Source: Thermomonas sp. (GTDB lineage Bacteria; Pseudomonadota; Gammaproteobacteria; Xanthomonadales; Xanthomonadaceae). Taken from it: DNA of 64,000 nt. The stretch lies in contig NZ_JAYRLK010000002.1 in the NCBI RefSeq assembly GCF_041905325.1, positions 295,105-359,104 of the forward strand, written 5' to 3'. Positions 1 through 11,071 of the stretch are shown piece after piece (within the stretch, counting starts at the first letter, position 1; each line of letters opens with the position of its first letter). Both the position numbers and the translations under genes were made by a program. The notes beneath the pieces are model-generated. The model searched no databases and was not told the origin of the DNA. It saw only the letters and a list, made by a program, of their open reading frames with translations.

Positions 1-1356
1 CCGCTTCATTTCCTGGCGGTGGCGCCAAGTGGAGGCGATCAGCATGTTGCCGCCGAAGCTGCCACGGCCCATCGGTTGCAGGGTGAAGTCGAGATCGTCG
101 GGGGGGCTGCCCACTTCGATGCGCAGTTGTTCCAGCTTCTTGCGGGCCTCGGCCTTGGCGGCGTCGCCCAGCAGCGGGCTGGTGGCAAGTGCGCGTTGCA
201 GGGCATCGCGCACCTGCGCGGCGATTTGTTCGGCCTGCTGGCGGGTGGCCGCAGGCAGGTAGGCGGCGGTGTATTCCCTGCCCAGCATCGGCCCGGCGGC
301 CAGGTTGATCGCGTCCAGCACCTGCTGCCAGCGCGGAGCCGGAGCCGCCTGGCCCAGCAGCACCTTGCCGCGGAAGGCGAAGGTGGCATCCCGCCAGGGG
401 GCGGAGAGGTACGGGGCCATGGCATCGCCCACCCGCCAGCGCAGATAGGCCTGCCATTGCGCGGGCTTGAGGCTGCCAACCAACCCGTCGATGCGGGTGA
501 ACAGCGCCGGGTTGGCCAGCGAGACGGTGTCGTCGCTGATGCCTTGCGCCTTCAGGAAGGCGTCCAGTTGCAGGTTGCGGAACTGCTTGCCCAGCCCGGC
601 GGCGGGCATGGGGGCGAAATTGTTGCGTGGGTCGCGCAGGTCGGTCAGCGGGCGCGCGCCCTCGGCGATGCGGCGCTCCAGGTCCAGGACCTGCGCGGTC
701 TGGGTTTCGATGTCCTTCGGCGCCACCCCGCTCAGGGCGAGGATCTTGCGGATGTAATCGGCATAGCGCGCCAGCAGGGCCTTGGTGTCGGCGTCGGTGC
801 GGGTGTAGTAGGCCGGGTCGGGCAGGCCGATGCCGCCCTGGCTGAAATAGCCGAGATGGCGATCGAGGTCGCGCAGGTCGACGTCGGCACCGAAGTGGAA
901 GGCCACCGGGATGCCCACCTGGTGCAGCGCGGCGATCGCGGGGGCGATGTCCTTGCTGCTGCGGATGGCGTCGATGCGCTTGAACAGCGGGGCCACCGGG
1001 GCGGCGCCGTCGGCGTCCACCGCGGCTTCGTCGAGCCCGCTGGCCCAGAAATCACCCAGCAGTTTCTGCACGTTGCCTTGTGGCGCGCGCATCGCCGCCT
1101 CCAGCAGGTCGCGCTGCTGTTGCTGGGCGCGCGCGGTGAGCTGGCCCAGCGCCGAGATCGCGCCGCTGGCCGGCATCGGGTTGCCAGCCAGCCAGCCCTT
1201 GTCGGCTTCGGCGTAGAAATTGCTGCACGACAAGGCCGCTTCCGGCCCCGCCTTCCTTGCCGCCGGCTTCTTTTTCGCGGCCCCGGCGTCGGGCGTTGCG
1301 AGGCCGGCAGCAAGGGCAATGATCAGGGCGATGGCCAGCGGGCGCGGTGTCGGCAT
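1..1356 (-). CDS. M13 family zinc metallopeptidase (PepO / endothelin-converting-enzyme-like), N-terminal ~452 codons; 3' end lies beyond the window edge
   Basis: Not in the supplied ORF track because it runs off the edge. Hand translation of the minus strand from the ATG (complement of 1354-1356) gives MPTPRPLAIALIIALAAGLATPDAGA (signal peptide), then ...SCSNFYAEADKGWLAGNPMP...LLGDFWASGLDEAAVDADG...GGIGLPDPAYYTR... These are the Cys-x-x-FY...GxW and following blocks typical of the M13 N-terminal domain. The frame stays open to base 1. The 19..1671 + ORF is its antisense shadow. Confidence 0.75.
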   Translation of the reverse strand, partial: MPTPRPLAIALIIALAAGLATPDAGAAKKKPAARKAGPEAALSCSNFYAEADKGWLAGNPMPASGAISALGQLTARAQQQQRDLLEAAMRAPQGNVQKLLGDFWASGLDEAAVDADGAAPVAPLFKRIDAIRSSKDIAPAIAALHQVGIPVAFHFGADVDLRDLDRHLGYFSQGGIGLPDPAYYTRTDADTKALLARYADYIRKILALSGVAPKDIETQTAQVLDLERRIAEGARPLTDLRDPRNNFAPMPAAGLGKQFRNLQLDAFLKAQGISDDTVSLANPALFTRIDGLVGSLKPAQWQAYLRWRVGDAMAPYLSAPWRDATFAFRGKVLLGQAAPAPRWQQVLDAINLAAGPMLGREYTAAYLPAATRQQAEQIAAQVRDALQRALATSPLLGDAAKAEARKKLEQLRIEVGSPPDDLDFTLQPMGRGSFGGNMLIASTWRHRQEMKR

Positions 1357-1435
1357 GCGGCAGGTCTCGTGGTGGATGAAACGCCCGAGTGTAGCAGCGC
1401 CTCCGCGCGCGGCGACCCCGTTGCCGTGTTCAGTT

Positions 1436-3190
1436 TCATTTCACCCCGTGCATCATCCGGCGCAGCAGCGGTGCGCCCAGGAAGGCCAGCAGCGCGCAGC
1501 CGAGGCCGATCCACAACATCATCCAGAACAGGTGTTGGTACTTGCCGGCGGCGGCCACCAGATCCATGGCCTCGCCTTCCGGCACTTCGATCGCGGCCAG
1601 CTTGCCGAACAGCGCGGCCAACGTTTCCGAGAACGCGGTGGCCAGGAACCAGGTGCCCATCATCAGGCTGACCACGCGCGGCACGGCGAGCTGCGTCACC
1701 GCCGACAGCCCCACCGGCGACAGGCACATCTCGCCGATCTCCAGGATCAGGTAGGCCAGCACCAGCCACCACACGCTGGCCGGTGCACCGGTGGCGGCCA
1801 CCTGTTGCGCGGCCAGCGCCATCGGCACGAACGACAGCCCGCCAAACAGCAGGCCGAAGGCCGATTTGGCGGGCTTCGACGGGTCCATGCCGCGCTTGTC
1901 CAGCCAGCCCCACAGTGCCGAAAACAGCGGTGCCAGCGCCACCAGGAAGAATGCGCCGAGGTAGGTCAGCGAGCCGGCCGTCTGCGGCAGCGCCACGCAG
2001 TCGCGCACCAGCAGCACGATGATCAGCGCGCTGGCCGCCAGGAACAGCGCCCGCGGCGCGGTGGAAGCCGGGTTGCGGTCGGACATCCGTGCCGCCACGA
2101 AGAATGCCAGCGGTGCCAGCAGCAACGACAGCGCCGACCACGGCCACGGCGTGCCGTCGCGCACCACCATCGCCGGCACGATGTCCTTGGTCAGCAGGCG
2201 ATCGGTGAAGGTCACCCACGAGCCGTAGGTCTGCTCGTACAGGGTGAAGAACACCAGCGCCATGAAGATCAGCACCATCATCGCGATCATCTGCTGGCGC
2301 TGCACGGGCGTGCAGCGGGTGCCGGTGAACCAGGCGAACCACACCAGCACCGCGCCCAGCACCACCACCATCAGCAGCAGCGCCAGCGACACCTCGCCGC
2401 CCAGCGCGAACGCGCCGTTCGCGGCGGCCCACATCAGCCATGCCACCGGCACCACGCCCAGTACCGCAAGCGCGTAGATCAGCCCTTCGCGCGGGATGCC
2501 GGCGACGCGCTGGCGCAGCGTGGCGGGGTTGGCCGGCTCGGCGTGGCCGTGCAGGTAGCGCTGCCCCCACAGGAACATCGCAAGGCCCGCCAACATGCCG
2601 ATGCCGGCGGCGCCGAAGCCGTACCTCCAGCCCCAGGCCTCGCCGATGTAGCCGCAGACCAGCGACGCGAACAGCGCGCCGAGGTTGATGCCGGCATAGA
2701 ACAGCGAGAAGCCGGAATCGCGGCGCGGGTCATTGTCCGCGTAGAGCTTGCCGACGATGGTGGAGATGTTGGGCTTGAGGAAGCCCACGCCCATGATGAT
2801 CAGCGCCAGCGACAGGTACATCACTTTCAGCGCGCCCTCGTCGCGCACCACCGTGCCGGCCTGCAGCGTCGCCGCGTGGCCCTCGACGGCCATGCCCACG
2901 TGTCCGGCCACCAGCAGCAGCCCGCCGAAGGTCACCGCCTTGCGCATCCCCAGCCAGCGGTCGGCCAGCAGCCCGCCGATCACCGGCACGCAATACACCA
3001 GCCCGCCGTAGGCACCCAACAGGTCCAGGCCGGCCCTGTCGCCGAACAAGTGGTACTTGGTGAGGTACAGCAGCAGCAGCGCCTTCATCCCGTAGAACGA
3101 AAAGCGCTCCCACATCTCGGTGAAGAAGCAGACATAGACGCCCTTGGGGTGGCCGAGGAAGTCGTCGCGGGCGGGAAGTGCGTGGGGCAT
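1436..3190 (-). CDS. Proton-dependent oligopeptide transporter (POT/PTR2 family, DtpT-like)
   Basis: This is the low-coordinate third of the chimeric 1436..6013 ORF. From the ATG at 3190 it reads MPHALPARDDFLGHPKGVYVCFFTEMWERFSFYGMKALLLLYL (PTR2 signature ExxERFxYYG-like), followed by many hydrophobic spans. The rest of that 1525-aa ORF is antisense to gyrA. Confidence 0.9.
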   Translation of the reverse strand: MPHALPARDDFLGHPKGVYVCFFTEMWERFSFYGMKALLLLYLTKYHLFGDRAGLDLLGAYGGLVYCVPVIGGLLADRWLGMRKAVTFGGLLLVAGHVGMAVEGHAATLQAGTVVRDEGALKVMYLSLALIIMGVGFLKPNISTIVGKLYADNDPRRDSGFSLFYAGINLGALFASLVCGYIGEAWGWRYGFGAAGIGMLAGLAMFLWGQRYLHGHAEPANPATLRQRVAGIPREGLIYALAVLGVVPVAWLMWAAANGAFALGGEVSLALLLMVVVLGAVLVWFAWFTGTRCTPVQRQQMIAMMVLIFMALVFFTLYEQTYGSWVTFTDRLLTKDIVPAMVVRDGTPWPWSALSLLLAPLAFFVAARMSDRNPASTAPRALFLAASALIIVLLVRDCVALPQTAGSLTYLGAFFLVALAPLFSALWGWLDKRGMDPSKPAKSAFGLLFGGLSFVPMALAAQQVAATGAPASVWWLVLAYLILEIGEMCLSPVGLSAVTQLAVPRVVSLMMGTWFLATAFSETLAALFGKLAAIEVPEGEAMDLVAAAGKYQHLFWMMLWIGLGCALLAFLGAPLLRRMMHGVK

Positions 3191-3274
3191 GGGGATGTCC
3201 GGAAGCAAGGGGCGGGGCGGCGCGGGCAGCGCGCACGCGATGCAGGTGGAACAGGGGCTCGGGAGGCCGCTGGA

Positions 3275-3283
3275 TGGTACAAT
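3275..3283 (+). promoter_or_regulatory. Candidate extended -10 promoter element for gyrA
   Basis: TGgTACAAT lies 94 nt upstream of the gyrA ATG, inside the 186-nt divergent spacer between the transporter and gyrA. I see no convincing -35. Confidence 0.35.
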
Positions 3284-3376
3284 TTCTGGTTGCAGAAAAT
3301 CCCGATGGGCAAGCGCGCGGAGCTGGTTCCCGCCGCGTGGCCGCGGGCCGGAACCAGGACCTGAAACGGATACACG

Positions 3377-5989
<2,613 letters not shown>

Positions 5990-6017
5990 CGGCCTCGTCC
6001 CCGTTTCGCGCAACCCG

Positions 6018-6044
6018 AAGCCCGGCTGAATGCCGGGCTTTTTT
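6018..6044 (+). terminator. Rho-independent terminator of gyrA
   Basis: Stem aagcccggc / gccgggctt (9 bp), loop tgaat, followed by a T-run (tttttt), 29 nt after the gyrA stop. Confidence 0.85.
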
Positions 6045-6118
6045 CATGCCCGGACATGGGCCGCTGGCGGCCGTGATTTGCGTCCTATACTCGAAACGCC
6101 CCCACCGGATGGACCCCG

Positions 6119-9100
6119 ATGTCACTGCCACGGATTTTGTCGCTGCGTTGCTTGCTGAGTGTGTCGTTGGTGTTTGTGCTGGTGGCCGGGTTGCCGGCCT
6201 GCAAGCGCAACCAGGCCGGGCAGATGCCCGCCGTCGGCGGCGAGGCCATCCGCGCCCAGCGCGAGGCGGTGAAGGGGTTTGCAATCGTGCGCGCCTACCC
6301 GGACCAGCGCTCGGACAGCCTGGCGGTGGCGGTGGAATTTTCGCGCCCGTTGGTGGGCACCCAGGATTTCGATGCGCTGCTGGTCATCGATGCCAACGGT
6401 GAAGAGCAAAGCGGCTGGGCGCTCGGCGACGATGGCAAGACCCTGCGTTACCCGAGCGTGGCCGCCAACAAGACCTACACCGTGAAGGTGTCCGGCGCGC
6501 TGACCGCGGCCGACGGCAGCAAGCTGGGCAAGGACGTCGAGCTGAAGGTGTACACCGGGGCGCTGGAGCCGGCGGTGGGTTTTGCATCGCAGGGCAGCGT
6601 GATCCCGGCCCGGGAATCGCGTGGTTTGCCGGTGGTGTCGGTCAATGTCGACGACGTGGATGTCGAATTCCTGCGCGTGCGCGATGCCGCGCTGCCGGCC
6701 TTTTTTACCCGCTACCAGCGCGGTGGCCAGCGCAGCAATTGGGAGCTCGATCCGTCCTGGTACGACCCGGACGATGCCGACAGCACCCCCCCGATCTCCA
6801 AACTGGCCGATCCGGTGTACGTGAACCGCTTCGTGCTGGGCGGTGCGCGCAACGAGCGCGTGCTCACCTACCTGCCGGTGCAGGACATCCCCGAGCTGCA
6901 GAAGCCCGGCCTGTACTTCGCGGTGATGAAGCGCACCGGCACCTTCAAGGGCGAGTTCGACGTGGCCTGGTTCACGGTCAGCGACATCGGCCTGCACGTG
7001 CGCGCCTACAAGGACAAGCTGTTCGTGCACACCGCGTCGCTGGCCGATGGCGCGGGTATCGGCGGGGTGGACCTGAAGGTGCTGGACGCGCGCGGCGAGC
7101 CGGTGTTCAAGGGCCAGACCGACGCCAACGGCAATGCGCTGCTGAACTACACGCTGGACGCCGCGCACGTGCTGACTGCCCGGCATGGCACGGACCTGTC
7201 GCTGCTGCCCTTCAACCAGCCGGCGCTGGACTTGTCCGAATTCGCGGTGGAAGGCCGGCCGCAGGCGTGGTTCGACGTGTTCGCCTGGTCCGGGCGCGAC
7301 CTCTATCGCCCCGGTGAAACCGTGCGCGTGTCGGCGTTGCTGCGCGATTTCGATGGCCGGCCGGTGCTGGCGAAAGGCGGCAAGGCGCAGTCCCTGTTCG
7401 TGCGCTTGAAACAGCCGGACGGCAAGACCTTCGTCGATACGCGGCTGGAGCCGCAGGCGCAGGGTTATTACCGCTTCGAGCGGGCGATCCCGGCCGAGGC
7501 CCCCACGGGCCGCTGGCAGGTGGAGTTCCGCACCGATCCGGCCAGCGCCGAGGCGGTGCAGGGCATGAGCCTGCGCATCGAGGAGTTCCTGCCCGAGCGC
7601 ATGAAACTCGACCTGGCCGCCCTCGGCAGTCGCTTGCGGCCGGGCCAGCCCCTGCAATTGCAGGTCAAGGGTGCGTATCTGTACGGTGCCCCCGCCGCCG
7701 GCAACCGCTTCACCGCCAAGCTCGCGGTCGCGGTGGATCAGCACCCGCTGGAAGGCGTCGCCCCGGGCCTGGGCAAGGGCTGGTTCTTCGGCGACCCCAC
7801 CGTGTCGCTGCCGAAGGAGGCCGCCGACATCCTCGATGCAGCGCTGGATGCCAAGGGTGAATTGCAGCAGGCCATCGCCCTGCCCGGCGAGGTGAAAAGC
7901 GACACCCCGGTGAAGGCCATCGTGGCCGGCAGCCTGTACGAAAGCGGTGGCCGCACCATCAACCGCAGCCTGGTGCGCACGTTGTGGCCGGCCGACGTGC
8001 TGGTGGGCGTGCGTCCGCTGTTCGACGATGGCGACGGCGCCAACGCCAATGCCCCGGCCGGGTTCGAGGTGCAGCGTTTCGATGCCGAAGGCCGGCCGCA
8101 CCCCGGTACCGGCCTGAAGGTGACACTGGTGCGCGAACGCCGCGACTACCACTGGACGCACGGCGACAGCGGCTGGAGCTTCGATTTCACCCGGCGCTAC
8201 GAAAACGTGCAGACCCGCAACCTGGACGTGGGCAACAGTGCCGCGCGGGTGGATGTGCCGGTGGAGTGGGGCGATTACCGCCTCGATGTGTACGACCCCG
8301 CCACCCGACTGACCATGCGCTATCCGTTCCACGCCGGTTGGGGCTGGGATGACGAAAACCGTGGCCTGGATGCGCGCCCGGACAAGGTCAAGCTGGCGCT
8401 GGACAAGACCGCTTACCATGCCGGCGACACCCTCCGGCTCACCCTCACGCCGCCGCATGCGGGCAAGGGCGTGGTGATGGTGGAAAGCGACCACCTGCTG
8501 TTCGTGCAATCGGTCGACGTGAAGGCCGGCAGCGTGGTGCAGATCCCGGTCACCGCCGAGTGGGAACGGCATGACGTTTACGTCACCGCGCTGGTGTTCC
8601 GTGGTGGCAGCGCCAAGAGCAAGATCACCCCGGCACGTGCGGTGGGCGAAGCCTTCGTGCCGATGGACCGGCGTGACCGCCGGGTGGCGGTGGGGCTGGC
8701 GGTGAAGCCGCAGGTGCGCCCGCAACAGCCCTTGCAGGTGACCCTGAGCGCGCCGCAATTGGCCGGCAAGCAGGCGTGGGCCACGGTGTCGGCGGTGGAC
8801 GTGGGCATCCTCAACATCACCCGCTTCCCGGTGCCGGATGCGGTGGCGCACTTCTTCGCCCAGCGTCGTCTGGGGGTGGATGCCTACGACATCTACGGCC
8901 GCGTGATCGAAAGCTACGACGGCGGTACCGCCAAGCTGCGCTTCGGTGGCGACATGGCGCTGGCCGCGTTGCCACAGGCGCGTCGCCCCACCGCGCGGGT
9001 GCAGACGGTGGACTTGTTCTCCGGGCCGGTGCAGCTGGATGCCAAGGGCATCGCGCGCATCGCGCTTCCGGTGCCGGACTTCAACGGCACGCTGCGGGTG

Positions 9101-11071
9101 TCGGCGCTGGTGTATTCCGATACCCGTTACGGCAACCGCGATGCCGAGGTGGTGGTGCGCGCGCCGATCGTGGCCGAAGCCGGGATGCCGCGGGTGATGG
9201 CGCCGGGCGACCGCGGCATGGTGACGCTGGATGTTTCCAACTACACCGGCAAGCCCGGCAATTTCAGCGTGCAGGTCAATGGCATCGGCCCGGCCGCGGT
9301 GACCGGCGGCAGCCGCAGCCTGGCGTTGGGGAAGGAGGCCAAGTCCACGCTGAGCTTCCCGCTGGCGGCGCTGGAAGACTACGGCGTGGCGCAGGTGCGG
9401 GTGCGGGTGGCGGGCAATGGCTACACGTCCGACCGCCAGTACGACCTGCCGGTGCGGCCGGCATGGCCGTCGGTGCTGCGCTCGCGTTCGATGATGCTGG
9501 CCGCCGGCAGTGCCGCGAGCATGGACGCGGGCCTTGCCGAAGGCCTGATGCCGGGCTCGGTGCGGGCGCGCATGCTGGTCAGCGCGCTGCCGCCGATCCC
9601 GTTCGGGGCCTCCCTCAAGGGGGCGCTGGACTACCCCTACGGCTGTGCCGAACAGACCACCAGCAAGGGCTTCGCGGCCTTGCTGCTGGATGCCGACACC
9701 GGCCAGCGCTTCGGGGTGACGGGGCTGGATGCGGGCAAGCGGCGGGTGCGCATGGAGGGGGCGTTCGGTCGGCTGGCGTCGATGCAGGTGGCCAATGGCC
9801 ATTTCTCGATGTGGGGTGATGATGGCCATGTCGACCCGCTGCTCACGCCTTACATCGTCGAATTCCTGCTGGATGCGCGGCAGGCCGGCTTCGCCATCCC
9901 CGAGCCGGTGCTGCAGAAAGCCCTGCAACGGCTCAGCGAGGACCTGCTTGCCGGCGGCAACGAGTTCTACGGGCGCGACCATCGCCAATACCTGAAGTTC
10001 GCCTACCAGGCGTATGCCGGGTATGTGCTGGCGCGGGTCAACCGCGCGCCGCTGGGCACCCTGCGTGCGTTGTACGACAACGACCGCAAGCAGGCCTTGA
10101 AGGGCCTGCCGCTGGTGCATCTGGGGCTGGCGCTGGCGATGCAGGGCGACCGCGCGCGCGGCGAGAAGGCGATTGCCGAAGGCTTTGCCTTCCAGGGCGA
10201 TCGCCAGGGCTGGCTGGGCGATTACGGCAGTCCGTTGCGCGACATGGCGGTGATGATCGCGATGACCCATGAGCGCGGGTTCGCCAAGCCGGCGTACGAT
10301 GCCCGCGTGTCCGACGTGGTGTACGAACTGGATGCGCGCCGGCGGGCGTCGTGGCTGTGGCTGAGCACGCAGGAACAGATCGCGATGGCCCGCCTGGGCA
10401 AGGCCCTGCTGGTGAGCCGGGGCAAGCAGGTGACCGGCACCCTGCTGGCAGCCGGTGTCCCGCAGGCCCTTCCCGCTGCCCGCAGCTTCGCCCGCGAACT
10501 GGATTACGCCGCGCTGGCCAAGGGGCTGCGGTTCCTGCCATCCGGCACGCCACCGTACTACGCCAGCCTGGACGTGGCCGGCGTGCCGCGCACGCCGCCG
10601 CCGGCGGACGCCAGCACCATCAAGGTCGAGCGCAGTTTGTTCACCACCGATGGCAAGCCGTGGACGCCGAGGCCGCTGAAGGAAGGCGAGGCGCTGATCG
10701 TGCGGGTGTCCATCACCGCCGACCGCAGCATGCCGGACGCGATGCTGACCGACCTGCTGCCGGCGGGGCTGGAGATCGAGAACTTCAACCTGTCCGATGC
10801 CCGGCAATGGGCCGAGGTGGCGGTGGACGGCATCGACATCAGCGACCGCTCCAGTGCCGCCGACGTGCAGCATGAAGAGTTCCGCGACGACCGCTACGTG
10901 GCCGCACTGAAACTGGAGGCCGGTACTGCGGCGCAGGTGTTCTACCTGGTGCGCGCGGTGACCCCGGGCAGCTACACGGTGCCGCCGCCGCTGGTGGAAG
11001 ACATGTACCGCCCCGACCTGCGTGGCGTCGGCAAGGCGGTGCCGGAACGGATCACGGTGGTGCAGCCGTGA
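6119..11071 (+). CDS. Bacterial alpha-2-macroglobulin family lipoprotein (YfhM/ECAM-like)
   Basis: 1650 aa. Lipoprotein-type signal MSLPRILSLRCLLSVSLVFVLVAGLPAC. Thioester motif GCAEQ (codons at 9644-9655). The size and the downstream pbpC partner match YfhM-type A2M. Confidence 0.9.
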   Translation: MSLPRILSLRCLLSVSLVFVLVAGLPACKRNQAGQMPAVGGEAIRAQREAVKGFAIVRAYPDQRSDSLAVAVEFSRPLVGTQDFDALLVIDANGEEQSGWALGDDGKTLRYPSVAANKTYTVKVSGALTAADGSKLGKDVELKVYTGALEPAVGFASQGSVIPARESRGLPVVSVNVDDVDVEFLRVRDAALPAFFTRYQRGGQRSNWELDPSWYDPDDADSTPPISKLADPVYVNRFVLGGARNERVLTYLPVQDIPELQKPGLYFAVMKRTGTFKGEFDVAWFTVSDIGLHVRAYKDKLFVHTASLADGAGIGGVDLKVLDARGEPVFKGQTDANGNALLNYTLDAAHVLTARHGTDLSLLPFNQPALDLSEFAVEGRPQAWFDVFAWSGRDLYRPGETVRVSALLRDFDGRPVLAKGGKAQSLFVRLKQPDGKTFVDTRLEPQAQGYYRFERAIPAEAPTGRWQVEFRTDPASAEAVQGMSLRIEEFLPERMKLDLAALGSRLRPGQPLQLQVKGAYLYGAPAAGNRFTAKLAVAVDQHPLEGVAPGLGKGWFFGDPTVSLPKEAADILDAALDAKGELQQAIALPGEVKSDTPVKAIVAGSLYESGGRTINRSLVRTLWPADVLVGVRPLFDDGDGANANAPAGFEVQRFDAEGRPHPGTGLKVTLVRERRDYHWTHGDSGWSFDFTRRYENVQTRNLDVGNSAARVDVPVEWGDYRLDVYDPATRLTMRYPFHAGWGWDDENRGLDARPDKVKLALDKTAYHAGDTLRLTLTPPHAGKGVVMVESDHLLFVQSVDVKAGSVVQIPVTAEWERHDVYVTALVFRGGSAKSKITPARAVGEAFVPMDRRDRRVAVGLAVKPQVRPQQPLQVTLSAPQLAGKQAWATVSAVDVGILNITRFPVPDAVAHFFAQRRLGVDAYDIYGRVIESYDGGTAKLRFGGDMALAALPQARRPTARVQTVDLFSGPVQLDAKGIARIALPVPDFNGTLRVSALVYSDTRYGNRDAEVVVRAPIVAEAGMPRVMAPGDRGMVTLDVSNYTGKPGNFSVQVNGIGPAAVTGGSRSLALGKEAKSTLSFPLAALEDYGVAQVRVRVAGNGYTSDRQYDLPVRPAWPSVLRSRSMMLAAGSAASMDAGLAEGLMPGSVRARMLVSALPPIPFGASLKGALDYPYGCAEQTTSKGFAALLLDADTGQRFGVTGLDAGKRRVRMEGAFGRLASMQVANGHFSMWGDDGHVDPLLTPYIVEFLLDARQAGFAIPEPVLQKALQRLSEDLLAGGNEFYGRDHRQYLKFAYQAYAGYVLARVNRAPLGTLRALYDNDRKQALKGLPLVHLGLALAMQGDRARGEKAIAEGFAFQGDRQGWLGDYGSPLRDMAVMIAMTHERGFAKPAYDARVSDVVYELDARRRASWLWLSTQEQIAMARLGKALLVSRGKQVTGTLLAAGVPQALPAARSFARELDYAALAKGLRFLPSGTPPYYASLDVAGVPRTPPPADASTIKVERSLFTTDGKPWTPRPLKEGEALIVRVSITADRSMPDAMLTDLLPAGLEIENFNLSDARQWAEVAVDGIDISDRSSAADVQHEEFRDDRYVAALKLEAGTAAQVFYLVRAVTPGSYTVPPPLVEDMYRPDLRGVGKAVPERITVVQP

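Noticed and set aside
19-1671. 550-aa plus-strand ORF at the left edge
   Set aside because: It is antisense to the M13 peptidase gene, which has clear family motifs and a signal peptide. Its product is Ala/Gly/Arg/Gln-rich low-complexity sequence, typical of high-GC antisense frames.
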